Virus record (IMG/VR): IMGVR_UViG_3300010371_000004
Coordinates: 1-63,906 of that record
Strand: one strand, 5' to 3'
Length of the DNA: 63,906 nucleotides
DNA from: a virus
Taxonomy: Duplodnaviria > Caudoviricetes
In this document: positions 29,825 to 40,690 of the stretch, piece after piece
How positions within the stretch are numbered: position 1 is the first letter of the stretch
Layout: each line of letters opens with the position of its first letter
Notes under the pieces: model-generated
Databases searched by the model: none
Told to the model about the DNA's origin: nothing
Seen by the model: the letters and a program-made list of their open reading frames with translations, nothing else
Translations under genes and position numbers: made by a program

Positions 29825-29929
29825 TTATACGCCTCTTCGCAGAAAGCGGTAGGCAACTACCAGATGCGGGTCCGCTGACTCCCGTGATTACAAGATGTCG
29901 AAGGGTACACGCGGACCCTGGAAACAAGA
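29825..29929. repeat. Conserved structured element B, copy 1
   Basis: 26-nt identity CTACCAGATGCGGGTCCGCTGACTCC plus CTTCGCAGAAA and TACACGCGGACCC shared with 44159-44262. Confidence 0.88.
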
Positions 29930-30145
29930 CGCACCGGTTGAGTAGGGAACATACGAATAACGCCGCCTAATGATCCGGGATCTGGAGCTTCAACGCGGCG
30001 ATGTAGTCGGCCAATAGTTGAAGATCGCTCAGCCCATCAGGATCAACGCCATCGAAGTCGCTTTGAACTGATGTTTGCGAATGATTGTTGGTTCCTGATT
30101 GAGTGTTCAGGCACCCGGCGATGTAGGCAGCAAGCGTGTTCCCCA

Positions 30146-30940
30146 TTATTTCCGCAGGGTACCCAACTTCACTAGCACGTCATGGTTAAACTTAACCTCA
30201 GTGTCGGTGAATTTAACAATCATAGCGTGATCGGCTTCAAACCGCGCATGATCCTGATTCGAACGCTCTTTAAGCACCTTAACCTCGTCGTCAACCTTCT
30301 GACGAAGAGCCGATTCGAGCGCCGCCATTTGTTGCGCACTCGCTGGAGGTGGCATATTTACAGCCACGTTGACACCATAGGCGCAGATAGCCGTGAACGA
30401 CAAAGCAACCACCAGAATGGCGATTAAGAGGCCCTTGATCGAGGGATCTTCTCTGTCTGTCCTAGACATGCTTTGACTCCGATATACCGGCTTCTCGGCC
30501 TCTTTGGAAGTTCTTCTCATCAATCAGAGACATTACAAGCGCTTTCAAGTCGGCCACCTCTTTATCTCGAATCTTGTCGAGTTCCTGATCTGCGAACTGA
30601 TGCTTAATGACGGCTGAGATATCGTTCAGACCCTTGACGCCGATCCCGACCAACGCACCGACGACCAGAAGGATTGACCCTTGCAGAAGTTGTGAGAAGT
30701 TCAGGTTCATTGATGTACCGGGCCATCCCTAGCGACGACTTTAAGCAACTGTTCGGTCATTAGTTTAGCCGCTTTAATCTCTTCAAGTCGCGAAGCTTTT
30801 GCTTCTGTAATGTGACGTTGCCGGTACTTGATCCTTTTCAGTCCAATGTGACAAAGGGCAGATAACGTAAAAGCAGCACCAATGAGCCCCGAAAGGAAGA
30901 TAAAGTAGAGGATCTGTGAAGGACTCATAGCTTCGTTCAT
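30146..30940 (-). other. Three membrane-protein CDS (30707-30940, 30462-30710, 30146-about 30523); candidate holin/lysis accessories
   Basis: One hydrophobic segment each; late strand, upstream of the endolysin. Confidence 0.5.
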
Positions 30941-31047
30941 CTATCTTAGCGGATTGGCAAAGAAAGAACCAAGTTCACTCAGTCCCAAATTCTGCTGTAA
31001 TTGACATCGACGCGGTATTGGGTGTCAGTGGTTACTGTTCATAGCTT

Positions 31048-31079
31048 AGGGCCGTTCTGAGAAATCGGAGCGGTCTTTT
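31048..31079 (+). terminator. Intrinsic terminator
   Basis: GGGCCGTTCTGA-GAAA-TCGGAGCGGTCT followed by a T run. Confidence 0.6.
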
Positions 31080-31336
31080 GCTGTATGATGTAACCGCAAG
31101 TCAGTAAATCTTTTTCCAATCTTGGGCCGCGCTTCCCCCGGAGTTGCGGCCTCTTTTGTAAATCACCATGAGTCAGAACCTAAGTGATGATGCAGTAGAC
31201 CATTGGGAGGTGTTCACGATCTGGCTTTGTTGGTTTGCAGCGGTTGCGTTGATTGGGTTCTATCTGTTGCGGTAACCTGTACTTGCGGTTCAGTGTTGGG
31301 TCACTCCAGCATTGTTCCGCATAGGAGTGACATATC

Positions 31337-31807
31337 ATGCCCATCGTCATCAAGAAAAGCGAAACCGCCGATACTAGATCGTGCGACTTTGCGAACGTCT
31401 CAAAGAACACCCTTTTAGCGAGTTCTGTTCAACATATCGGGGACGTTCAGCAAGCCCTACAGTTCTTCTCCAACAAGATCGCAGAGGAACAGCGTGTCCA
31501 TGACTTCGATAAGATCACGGATATCGACGGCTTCCATCACGACTTTGTGACCGGGTTCAAAGAAACCACTTGGTGGGAAGCGCATCGCCAACTCAACCGA
31601 CACCACCTTGGAATGGCTGACGGTGTTCGTGACGACGTAAATCTGATCGACGTTCTAGCGTTCATTGCTGACTGCGTGATGGCGGGCATGGCGCGAACCG
31701 GCGAAGTCTATCAGTTGGAACTGTCGCCCGATCTGTTGAAGCGAGCATTCGAGAATACTGTAGCCATGCTCAAGTCAGAAGTCATTGTTACAGTTCGGGA
31801 AGCATAG
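31337..31807 (+). CDS. Phage hypothetical protein (HD-like His/Asp motifs)
   Basis: HIGDV...HDFDK...HRQLNRHH...DCVMA; AGGAG RBS. Confidence 0.7.
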   Translation: MPIVIKKSETADTRSCDFANVSKNTLLASSVQHIGDVQQALQFFSNKIAEEQRVHDFDKITDIDGFHHDFVTGFKETTWWEAHRQLNRHHLGMADGVRDDVNLIDVLAFIADCVMAGMARTGEVYQLELSPDLLKRAFENTVAMLKSEVIVTVREA

Positions 31808-31924
31808 CTTAAGCGACAGCCCATAATCAGAACGCCGCCAAACTCAACAGGAAGAGGAAGCGGCGTTCCTATTCGGTAAACTCCCAATCACTTCGGGACG
31901 CCGAGGTAAGGAAGCAAACAATTC

Positions 31925-32200
31925 ATGAGTTGGGTTAGCGTAATCGTATCAGCACTTGGAGCAGACGCAATTCTGCCGGTCCTCGAAACCATCGAAATCA
32001 CGGAACTCGAAGGAAAGGGCCACGACTTCATTGCGAACCACGTCGTCATCTCCGAGGCGAATCTCGAAGCACTCGTAAAGCACACGGGCGCGGATCTTGC
32101 TCCGGCACAAGCGGCAAACAAAGCATTTGGACAGGCGTTCGCGGATCTGGTTCTTGCGGTGAGTCCAAAAGCGCCACATACCGGCGTTCCTGCCGTCTGA
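31925..32200 (+). CDS. Hypothetical protein
   Basis: AAGGA RBS; followed by a terminator. Confidence 0.6.
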   Translation: MSWVSVIVSALGADAILPVLETIEITELEGKGHDFIANHVVISEANLEALVKHTGADLAPAQAANKAFGQAFADLVLAVSPKAPHTGVPAV

Positions 32201-32227
32201 GGTTCGTTTCTAGCCTCTGAAATGGTT

Positions 32228-32257
32228 AAGCCCCTGATTGTTACGTCAGGGGCTTTT
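32228..32257. terminator. Terminator hairpin between convergent genes
   Basis: AAGCCCCTGA...TCAGGGGCTTTT. Confidence 0.7.
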
Positions 32258-32274
32258 CTGTTGGTGAGAGAGAC

Positions 32275-34217
32275 TTATTTCTCGCTGAAGGTAATGACTT
32301 CAAGCGGAACCGACCGCTTTGCCTGATTGCAGATTTGCAACTGGACTTTGACGGTTCGAAGGATTTCGCGGGCTTGGCTTGCAATCGCGTCACCGCTCGC
32401 AGCCTGTACTGTCCCGTCTTTAATCCCGTTCAATGTCTCCCAAAGGGCGTTCTTCAATGTCGTAGCTGTTAATTCGTTCATAATCCCGTCGTCTTTCCTG
32501 TTTCTTGTTGAATGTCCCGTTGAGTAGCCGGATTTCGTGATTGGTCATTCGGCTATCAATCTCAGTTTCGAGGTTCAGCAGGGCTAGAAACGCTGGCGCG
32601 AATTCTGGCCCGTACATTCGTTCGGCTCGGTATTGTTGGTCGTAGGTCTTCTTTTTCTCCTTGTATTCAGGTTTTGCGCAGTATTCAATATGTAGGTGCA
32701 TTCGGGCCTTGCGCTTGGCCTTACCCGCGTCGGACTTCCAAAAGGCTTTGGTGGCTTCAAGGTGTTTCTTGGCTATCTCCGGTTGCTTTCGGTACACGCG
32801 GTCGTATTCGGCCTTTTCCGCTTTCCGTTGTTCGGCGGTCTTTCCGTTCTTGCGAGCATCAGCCGAGCATTGCAAAGAGCACATAACGCGCATAGTTACG
32901 CCGTTCTTGTCGCGGTAATCCTGCTCTGCCTTCCTTCTCTCAAAAGATTTCCCGCACTGCTCGCAAACGAGGGTAATCATAGTGCGCATAGTTAGTCCTC
33001 ATCGGGAAATTCGCAGAATTTCATCATCAGTCCGTCACTGATTTCGACTCTCTGCCACTCCCGATCCGAACGGTGCCAAAGTTCTTTGATGTCCACGATG
33101 TAGGTCGTCATGGTCGTACCCGCGCACTGATTGTCATCATCGTGCCAAGGCGCGTCACCCCAAGCCATGAACCGCTCCATCATGGCGTTGGCGTCGTCTC
33201 GTAAAGCAAATCCATCTTCGAGTTCTTCCTTAGAGGATCGAAGAATCCAGGAGATATCGCCGGTCAAGTCGTAGCCAGTTGCGCAATCGAACTGACGGCG
33301 GCAAGCCTGACATTGAACAACGAACAGACATGCCCAAGTGTCATAAATCCCTAGTAGATCCGGCTCAAATGGCGCGTAACGAGGCACGCCGTTCTGATCG
33401 TGCCAAAGCGGTTCGCCCAGCCTTTCGCGCAAGTCTTGGTAAAGTGGATACATTTATTCCTTCCCAATCTCCTCAGTACGTGAAGCCCGTGCATCAAACG
33501 CATCTACCGCTTCCATGAGCCCCCTATAAGACGCTGTATGCCTGACAAATGCGGATTCAGTGCTACTCACCGTTTCGGATTCCGATATCTCTTTGGCCGA
33601 TGCCGCCCATTCTTTCGCCGCATCCTCAACCTTCTCTAACTTGTCTAACCTCGCTTGTATAGATTCAGCGTGAGCGAGCCAGCCCCGCCACATAACCCTG
33701 ACGCCATCATAGTAGTATTGGCCGTCTTTTCCGAAGCTGATCCAATGTGGCTCAGGTCCATAGGCAGGAAGCGAAGCTATGTAAGCGTGGAACTCCTTTC
33801 GAGTCGCTTCGATCTGGCTTTCAGTTAGTTGGCTGTTTTGGTCGCTCACTGGGTTACCTCTGATTGGGTTTCCTCGATCATCGCGTCTATTTCGGCAAGT
33901 TCGCGCATGACCTTCTCGGTTGCTTCCCATCGCATCGCTTTGAGCGCATCGAGTTTGGTTGCATACATTTGGCCTTTGCCCTGCGTAGCGCTGACGTAGC
34001 CGCGACCCATCGGAACCGACGCGCATTCGGGGTTATGACTCATACCGTCAGACCAACCAAGAGTAACGCGCCGTGAATAGGAGTTCTGGAACCATCCAGC
34101 GGTCTTTTCTCCGCGAGTCACGGTCCATTCGACCTGCTTTGGTTTCTCGAACGGCGGCAAGTTCAGAGCCGCGCGAAATCTGATTTGCTCGATTGCCCTT
34201 TCCTCTTTTTTAGTCAT
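32275..34217 (-). other. Operon of hypothetical CDS (33846-34217, 33454-33849, 32992-33453, 32420-32989 zinc finger, 32275-32481)
   Basis: Coupled ORFs; CEQCGKSF...CSLQC in 32420-32989. Confidence 0.65.
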
Positions 34218-34393
34218 TCCATCGCTCCTGTCTTAGTAGATGAAGTGGAGGGAGAGGATTTTCCTTTGCGCTGAAGGTAGCACTGGAACATAAACGCCGA
34301 CATGGACACCCCAGCGCGTTCGGCTTCGTAAGCTATTTGGGTTTTTTGCTCGGGCGACACCCTGACCACGATTTCATTATCTCGTCTTGCCAT
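34214..34393 (-). CDS. Ribbon-helix-helix regulator (DUF1778/MobC-like)
   Basis: IVVRVSPEQKTQIAYEAERAGVSMSAFM. Confidence 0.7.
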   Translation of the reverse strand: MARRDNEIVVRVSPEQKTQIAYEAERAGVSMSAFMFQCYLQRKGKSSPSTSSTKTGAME

Positions 34394-34442
34394 GCCAAAA
34401 TAATACCACACATTGCGGCATACCATGTGGTATATTGATCGT

Positions 34443-35294
34443 ATGCCGAAAGATCAAGCATTCACCCCTTCTGCCGGGGAATTCGTTTTTGCTGCCAATG
34501 GTCGCAAGTGCCTATATGTCGCTCCGAGCGCATCGGGCCACTGCGTGAAGTTTGGTGTTTACACCGACGAAGAGGAGGAGCATTTTTACGAACTGTCAGA
34601 AGTAGACCAGGTTTTCGCTCATGCGCCAACGTCGATCTATGATGAAGCGGTTCAGAATAAATTGACTCTACTGAAAGAGCTAACCGACCAATGTCAGGAA
34701 CTCCGAAAGACGATCCGAGATGAGGAAAAGGCATTTGAAAAGCGCAGGACAACGTTTAACCGCTATTCGGCTCTTTCGCATTTAGAGGACTTCTTGGACG
34801 GGAAACTCACCCATGCGGTAAAGCGTAGTCACGGATCTATCACGGTCGAAACTTTTGACGAAGCGTTCAAATCGAAGGACTCATACGAGCGAGACATAAA
34901 ACTCTTGTCGCTATTTGGACGGTCAAAGGGGGATTTGTCTTGGAGGGTGAATCAGTATTACGACGGTTCGGGATCTTCTTGGACGGAGATCATCCCCTGC
35001 GTCTCATTGGAAGAGGCCCAAGAAAAGGCGATTGCTTTATTCAATCAAGACTGCGAGGATGTTCGATCCGGCAAAGAAAATGACTACTGGCTGTCCAACC
35101 TTGCATCATCGGCACCAAAGATCGGAACAACGTTGCCGCCCGACCTCTGTGAGCGATGGAAGGCCAAGATCCTTGAATCTTCCAAGAACTCTGTCGAAGC
35201 CGTCGAAAGGCAGTTAGCTGACGCGAAAGCCAAACGAGATAAGGTTTTGGAAGAAGTCGCGGCAATGCCAATGTTCCAACAGTCGGCTACCTGA
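34443..35294 (+). CDS. Phage hypothetical protein
   Basis: IKLLSLFGRSKGDLSWRVNQYYDGSGS; coiled-coil segments. Confidence 0.75.
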   Translation: MPKDQAFTPSAGEFVFAANGRKCLYVAPSASGHCVKFGVYTDEEEEHFYELSEVDQVFAHAPTSIYDEAVQNKLTLLKELTDQCQELRKTIRDEEKAFEKRRTTFNRYSALSHLEDFLDGKLTHAVKRSHGSITVETFDEAFKSKDSYERDIKLLSLFGRSKGDLSWRVNQYYDGSGSSWTEIIPCVSLEEAQEKAIALFNQDCEDVRSGKENDYWLSNLASSAPKIGTTLPPDLCERWKAKILESSKNSVEAVERQLADAKAKRDKVLEEVAAMPMFQQSAT

Positions 35295-35336
35295 AACCCG
35301 ATAACCCCATCCACTACAAACTAAGGAGAAGAGACC

Positions 35337-37233
35337 ATGAAGATTATCCAAAAGAACGGCGAAATCAAGACGCTTTACGTGGGTCGCAGGTCGGCCAATG
35401 TGCTCTTGATTAAGCATCGGAACACAAGCTATGGCGGCGATCCTGTCAACCTTGCCAAAAAGACAGGTCTTGAATCCATTCGGAAATATGAAGGTGCGCT
35501 AGAAGCCGAGATTGCGGCACAAACCGAGAAATACGAAAGACTCAAGGACCAAAGCAGGGACGCTTACCGCGAACTCGCGGACCTGTTGAATCAGGCTTAT
35601 CAGGATTCGCCTCCCCTGACATACGAAGAACTAGCCGCCGAATCCGAGGGCTAGCCCCTCCCCCCCCCAACACAGTAGAGAGAACCATGAGAATACGATT
35701 AACAGTTGAGATTGAATACGAGACAGATCCCAAGGATTACTTCCTCGGACCAAACCCTACCGCTGAGATCATCGGGCGATACGACATGGAAGGGGACACA
35801 GACTGCTTACTTGATGGCAAGTGGACATTCATCAAAGCCGAAGAGGTCCAAGCATGAACCAGAGACCAGAGTGGGCAAAGGGGTCGGCTTGGGATGGCTG
35901 GGAAAAGAGCCACGGCATAGGCGTATCAATCCAAAGATCTACCGCGAATGGCGTTGAGTTCACGATCTACCCAAGCGGCAGGATGGGTGTACTCGCCAGT
36001 GCCTATATCGTGCTCGAATTCAAGACTCCCGCCGATGCTTTGGCCGTTGCCGAATTTATCGCCAGCAAGTTAGATGGAGGTTGGAGCAAGTGAGCGAGAC
36101 AGACCAACCATTCAACGCCTCCGAGTTCCTAAAGTTTAGAAGGAGTCAAAACACGCCAATGGAAAAGGAATTGACACGAGAAGAGATACAGAAGTTGATA
36201 CGGGATGCGTTTATGGAAGGCTACAACGAAGGTTTGAGCGGTGGGCATCCTATGAGTCGTCCACGACCTGAAGCAGCTTGGGAAGAATCCTATTCCAAAG
36301 ACGCCTATGACGAGATCCGAGCTACAAGAGCATCGGAGCCAAATCCACTCGAAAGACTTGCCGAATTGCACGATCCCAACGTAAGCGACGAAGAATTTGC
36401 AAAGCAGGTAGAGGACTTCAGCAAAGGGCAAAAACCCTCGATCTTTGTCCCCACGCTTTCAGAAGATGGCAAGAGAATTGTGTCTTACACCGTGACGCCC
36501 GGCGAGGGAATTCCACCGGGAACCAAGTGCGGACTTGGTGTTACCTTTGGAGAAAACTCCGAGATGCCTACTGATACTGCAAAGGGGGAAGAGTGAACGA
36601 AAAAGATCCATTTGCCGCATCTAGAACCTGGGCTATCGTTTCTGCAATCTTTGTAGCGGCCACGTTGATTCTATTTGCGATGGCTAAAACCGAGTCAGAA
36701 GAAATGACCCACCTAAAGCGTATCGAGCAGAAGCTAGGGATACAGTAGCCATGAATAAAGCATTTGTTTGGGATTACGGCATGGAAGGTGGCAGCGGGGG
36801 CGGCGGTAAGGTGATTATCGCCGAATCACTGGAACAGGCGGTGCAGATGGCCCGAGATAATTACCATAATCACTTAATAGAATCGTCACAAAGACCATCT
36901 AACGCTAAGTACATGGAACAGAATCCTACTTGGGTTGATGACCAATTATCTAAATGGGACCTCGGTCAACCGAGCAGAATTATTGAAGGCGCTGCGATCA
37001 TAGAAATTGAAGGCGGCTATTCTTGGTGAAGAAGCATGAGAACCTTTAGCGCCATCACCAAGAACCAAATGCTCGTCGCTGTCGATCTAGTCCAAAGTTC
37101 AGGATCTTGTCAGACAGGCAGGCTTGTAATCCACGATACAAACAAGAAAGCACCCGACAGAGCGTTACTGTTTTCAACTCCTCAAGTAGCTGAAAAGATA
37201 GCCCGTCTGATTGTTGAGGATTGGGGAGACTAG
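35337..37233 (+). other. Hypothetical CDS (35337-35654, about 35854-36093, about 36090-36596, 36751-37029, 37036-37233)
   Basis: Co-directional ORFs, some coupled. Confidence 0.6.
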
Positions 37234-37253
37234 CATCAGACTCCCCGTGAAAG

Positions 37254-39836
37254 CTAAATGAGGTATCCGATAATTTCAGATGCCAGTGTTTGAGATGTCC
37301 CAGTTGCACCGACCGTAATGCTCAGGTACACCGTCGAAGCCGCTGCATAGGCTGTAATAGCTCCCGCAACCGTCTCGAATTCGTACCCTGCCGCCGCTGC
37401 CGTAACGCCCGTCAGGAGCGTAGCCGCATAGATTTCCGATCCTCCATTTGTTGTTCCTATACCTGCGGTTGGAGCCACCGTTATCGCGCTTGCAGCCGTA
37501 CACCTGACTATTGCACTTTGGATAATTAGAGATCGTCCGGTAGGAACCGTGTAGATCAAGGTGCCAGCTACCGTCTTACCGTTGACTCCGCTAGCCGTGG
37601 CGAGAACATCCAAACGGAACGGCTGAACCTGGGTATTTACGGTCGAGTTGAACGTGTATGCCTGGACGACCGTCGATCCTATGTTGTTGTTCGCAACAGT
37701 CACGCCCGTTAAGCCTGAATCGACTAGAACACCCACGGCGAACGGATTGACGATGGTGTTCCCGATTGCGCTTGTACCGTTCCCAGCGAGCCATATACCG
37801 TTCGTTGAGCCCGTCGTTCCCGTGATGTGGTTCCCGATCACAAGCGTATTCAAGTTGGCCTTGATGCCAGTGCCGCTTGAATTAGCGTTTGATACGGTGT
37901 TCCCGGAAATTACAGTGCCAGGATTGTTGCCGCCCTGCGCATTGATCGCAATTGACGCGGTGCATCCCAAACAACTATTGTTGCTAAATAGCGTCGTTGT
38001 AGAAGTCTGAATCGAGGCGCTGTTAGAAAACCCGTTGATCGAGTTACCCGAGATCGTGACGTTGGAAGAATTGAAGCAGCCGACGCCCGTTGCGTTTGTC
38101 GCCGCGCCAGTTCCGTGCATCACGTTACCGGTTACGCTGACATTTACAGCGTGGTTCATATAAACGCCGTAGGATTTTGAGTTCGGAGAAATGATGTCGT
38201 TTCCAGATACAACCACATCAGCGGGTCCAGTGCCGCCCGCTGTGTTCTGGATCATAATGCTGGCCTGGTTCTGACCCATGCCGCAGTCTATGAACCTATT
38301 GTTAGCAACCTCAATTTGCACCGGTTCATCGGAGTTATTCCCGGGCTTAATGTCAGCACCGTTAGTTAAACAAAGGTTAAGCGTATTCCCGGTGAGCCGA
38401 ACGTTAGAGTTTGCAGCCGAGTCAATCGAACCAAGTCCAGCAAACGACGTACCGCGCACGTAGCAACTTGACACAAGAGACATTGCGACATTGTTTGACC
38501 AGATGATGCCGCCGTTTGCATGGCCGACCATCGGGTCAAGATTACAATTTATGACCGTACAATCGGTGACCTTACAAGCGCCGTCGCCCTTCGTGCCCAG
38601 CGTCGGGTCGGAGTTCGTGAAGTGGATACCGTTGCCCCAGATGTTTTGAATCCGGGCACCTTTGACGAGGTTATACGAGTTGTAAATGACAACACCCTCG
38701 CCCGGGAAATTCTGGATAGTTATGTTTTGAACCGTACAGTTATTGGCATTGACGCGCACCGCCGAAGTGTTCTGCCACGATCCAATAGTGAAATTTGCAT
38801 AGTTCCCGTCGATAGTGCCGGGACCCTGAAGAAGGTTTCCCGTTCCTTGAAGGTCGAATACATCGGATGCCGAGTAGAAAGAAGATCCAACCGCGAACGT
38901 ACCGGTAAAGGCACCATCCATCGTCACTTGAGTCGATGAATCAACCGAGAGGATATTAGGAGCCGTGCCTGCCTCGTCCACAGTGGCCGCTGAGACACGG
39001 AAATCCGCGTCTTTACCTGTTCCGCCTGTAGCGGTATTCGTAGGCTGAGAGACGATTGTAGATCCATCTCCGCCGACAGTGTAGGAGGTAATGCGGCCAG
39101 AACCAGCCGCGTCGAGAACCGGGGTGATTGTTGCACCGGTTGCACCAGCCGCACACGTTGGAAGTCCGGCTCCTGCAGTGTAGCCCGAGCCATACCCAAG
39201 ACATGACCCGGCAAAAGCGGAGTACGTCATTGTGGCGTCGCCAGTGCCGGTAGCGAATGTTAAAAGCCCGCTTGCCTGTGGATTGCCTAGACCTTGCCCC
39301 GCGCACGTGACGGTTCCTGATTTGGTCGGTGCCGACCCAGTGAGGCTGACCGCCGTAACCGTCCACGTAAAGGTACTGTTAGTCCAAGTCGATCCCACGC
39401 TTGGGGTCGTTGAAACCCCAGACACCGTGAACACTACCGACGCATCGGCCTTGTACCGGGGGAATGCAAAGTTGATTAGACCGGCTTGTCGAAGACTGTA
39501 TGATTGCCCGGCTACCATTCCAGCGGTCGAAGTCAATTGAATGACCGTATCGCCTGGATTCACTTGAGACGTGATTGTGGTGATGATCTGGCTAGCAAGT
39601 TTGACTGTAGCTCCATTGAGATAGATGGATTGACCCGCAGTTGTTGATCGGAGATCTCCGCTTACAATGTACGTCTTGCCAGCCGTAAAATTGACATTTA
39701 GTCCTGTAGCCAAGGCGGTTCGAATCGCTACCGTATCGTCAGTCGTTCCATCGCCTTTCGCGCCCTTTGAATCGACGCTGATAGACAAAAGGAACTTGGT
39801 GTTAAATGGTGCGGTTGATCCTGCTGGTATTGGCAT
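37254..39836 (-). CDS. Tailspike/depolymerase with a right-handed beta-helix
   Basis: GAKGDGTTDDTVAI pectate-lyase-3-like start; many V/I-x-G-N beta-helix repeats. Confidence 0.82.
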   Translation of the reverse strand: MPIPAGSTAPFNTKFLLSISVDSKGAKGDGTTDDTVAIRTALATGLNVNFTAGKTYIVSGDLRSTTAGQSIYLNGATVKLASQIITTITSQVNPGDTVIQLTSTAGMVAGQSYSLRQAGLINFAFPRYKADASVVFTVSGVSTTPSVGSTWTNSTFTWTVTAVSLTGSAPTKSGTVTCAGQGLGNPQASGLLTFATGTGDATMTYSAFAGSCLGYGSGYTAGAGLPTCAAGATGATITPVLDAAGSGRITSYTVGGDGSTIVSQPTNTATGGTGKDADFRVSAATVDEAGTAPNILSVDSSTQVTMDGAFTGTFAVGSSFYSASDVFDLQGTGNLLQGPGTIDGNYANFTIGSWQNTSAVRVNANNCTVQNITIQNFPGEGVVIYNSYNLVKGARIQNIWGNGIHFTNSDPTLGTKGDGACKVTDCTVINCNLDPMVGHANGGIIWSNNVAMSLVSSCYVRGTSFAGLGSIDSAANSNVRLTGNTLNLCLTNGADIKPGNNSDEPVQIEVANNRFIDCGMGQNQASIMIQNTAGGTGPADVVVSGNDIISPNSKSYGVYMNHAVNVSVTGNVMHGTGAATNATGVGCFNSSNVTISGNSINGFSNSASIQTSTTTLFSNNSCLGCTASIAINAQGGNNPGTVISGNTVSNANSSGTGIKANLNTLVIGNHITGTTGSTNGIWLAGNGTSAIGNTIVNPFAVGVLVDSGLTGVTVANNNIGSTVVQAYTFNSTVNTQVQPFRLDVLATASGVNGKTVAGTLIYTVPTGRSLIIQSAIVRCTAASAITVAPTAGIGTTNGGSEIYAATLLTGVTAAAAGYEFETVAGAITAYAAASTVYLSITVGATGTSQTLASEIIGYLI

Positions 39837-40549
39837 TACGACACGCTCACATAAAAGGCGTCACCGGCTACACCATTCGCATAAAGGACATTCGAGTTAG
39901 CGACGGCAAAACCTACGGATTGCCCCGGTTGGAGCGCATATCCATTCCCGGTGCCATCTGTCGCATCCGTGACCGTAGATCCCCCGATAGTTCCACCAAT
40001 GGACCCCGCTGTGCTGGTGAAATTAGAATTACTTGGCCCGGCTGAAACGAGAACACCGTTTACCGCCGCAAGGCTTGGTAATTGGACCCTTGTGCCTGTC
40101 ACTGCGATAACAACCTGGCCGGTTCTCTCTGTACCGAGGGCGTTCGCCACGACTGTCGCATTAACATTAGACCCGCCACCCTTTTCGCCAGGAATGCCGC
40201 TCCCGTTGCCCGTAGAGGCGGTGATCGTTGCGGAACCCGATGTCCACGAAACGAAGTAAACGAAGACTTGGAGAGCCCCGACCGGGCAGGTATAAATTCC
40301 CGTTGCGTTCGCCGCGATTCCCGTTGACCCGTCGTTGGTGTTTGTGATGCTCGAATCCAATACTCGCGTAAAGTTCGTGCCGTCCATCGAAACAGCTACG
40401 CCGATCTGTCCGACATAGCCTGCACTCGCGATACCGAATATAAGACCACCGATACCAGGACCGCCGCCAACCGGCAAATATGATCCAGCCGTCATCGGCA
40501 ATGTGGAATTAGCGTTGGCAAGCGTGATATTGCCTGAGTTCTGACTCAT
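39836..40549 (-). CDS. Virion beta-sandwich protein
   Basis: Gly/Ser/Thr-rich; coupled to the tailspike. Confidence 0.65.
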   Translation of the reverse strand: MSQNSGNITLANANSTLPMTAGSYLPVGGGPGIGGLIFGIASAGYVGQIGVAVSMDGTNFTRVLDSSITNTNDGSTGIAANATGIYTCPVGALQVFVYFVSWTSGSATITASTGNGSGIPGEKGGGSNVNATVVANALGTERTGQVVIAVTGTRVQLPSLAAVNGVLVSAGPSNSNFTSTAGSIGGTIGGSTVTDATDGTGNGYALQPGQSVGFAVANSNVLYANGVAGDAFYVSVS

Positions 40550-40690
40550 TTAAGCCATCTCGCAATAAGAAGGGATGAAATCATCGTGGGACCTCCATAG
40601 CTGTAAACTTATGTCGGCCTCGATACCCTTAATATCTTGGCTATCGGGTCATCTTCGGATGGCCCTTTCTGTTTTTCTATTCTACACCGT

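Noticed and set aside
29857-29918. Element B as an HDV-like or twister ribozyme, or a TIGR array
   Set aside because: Helix order and catalytic motifs do not fit, the copies are dispersed rather than tandem, and no Nop-domain or IS110 protein is evident
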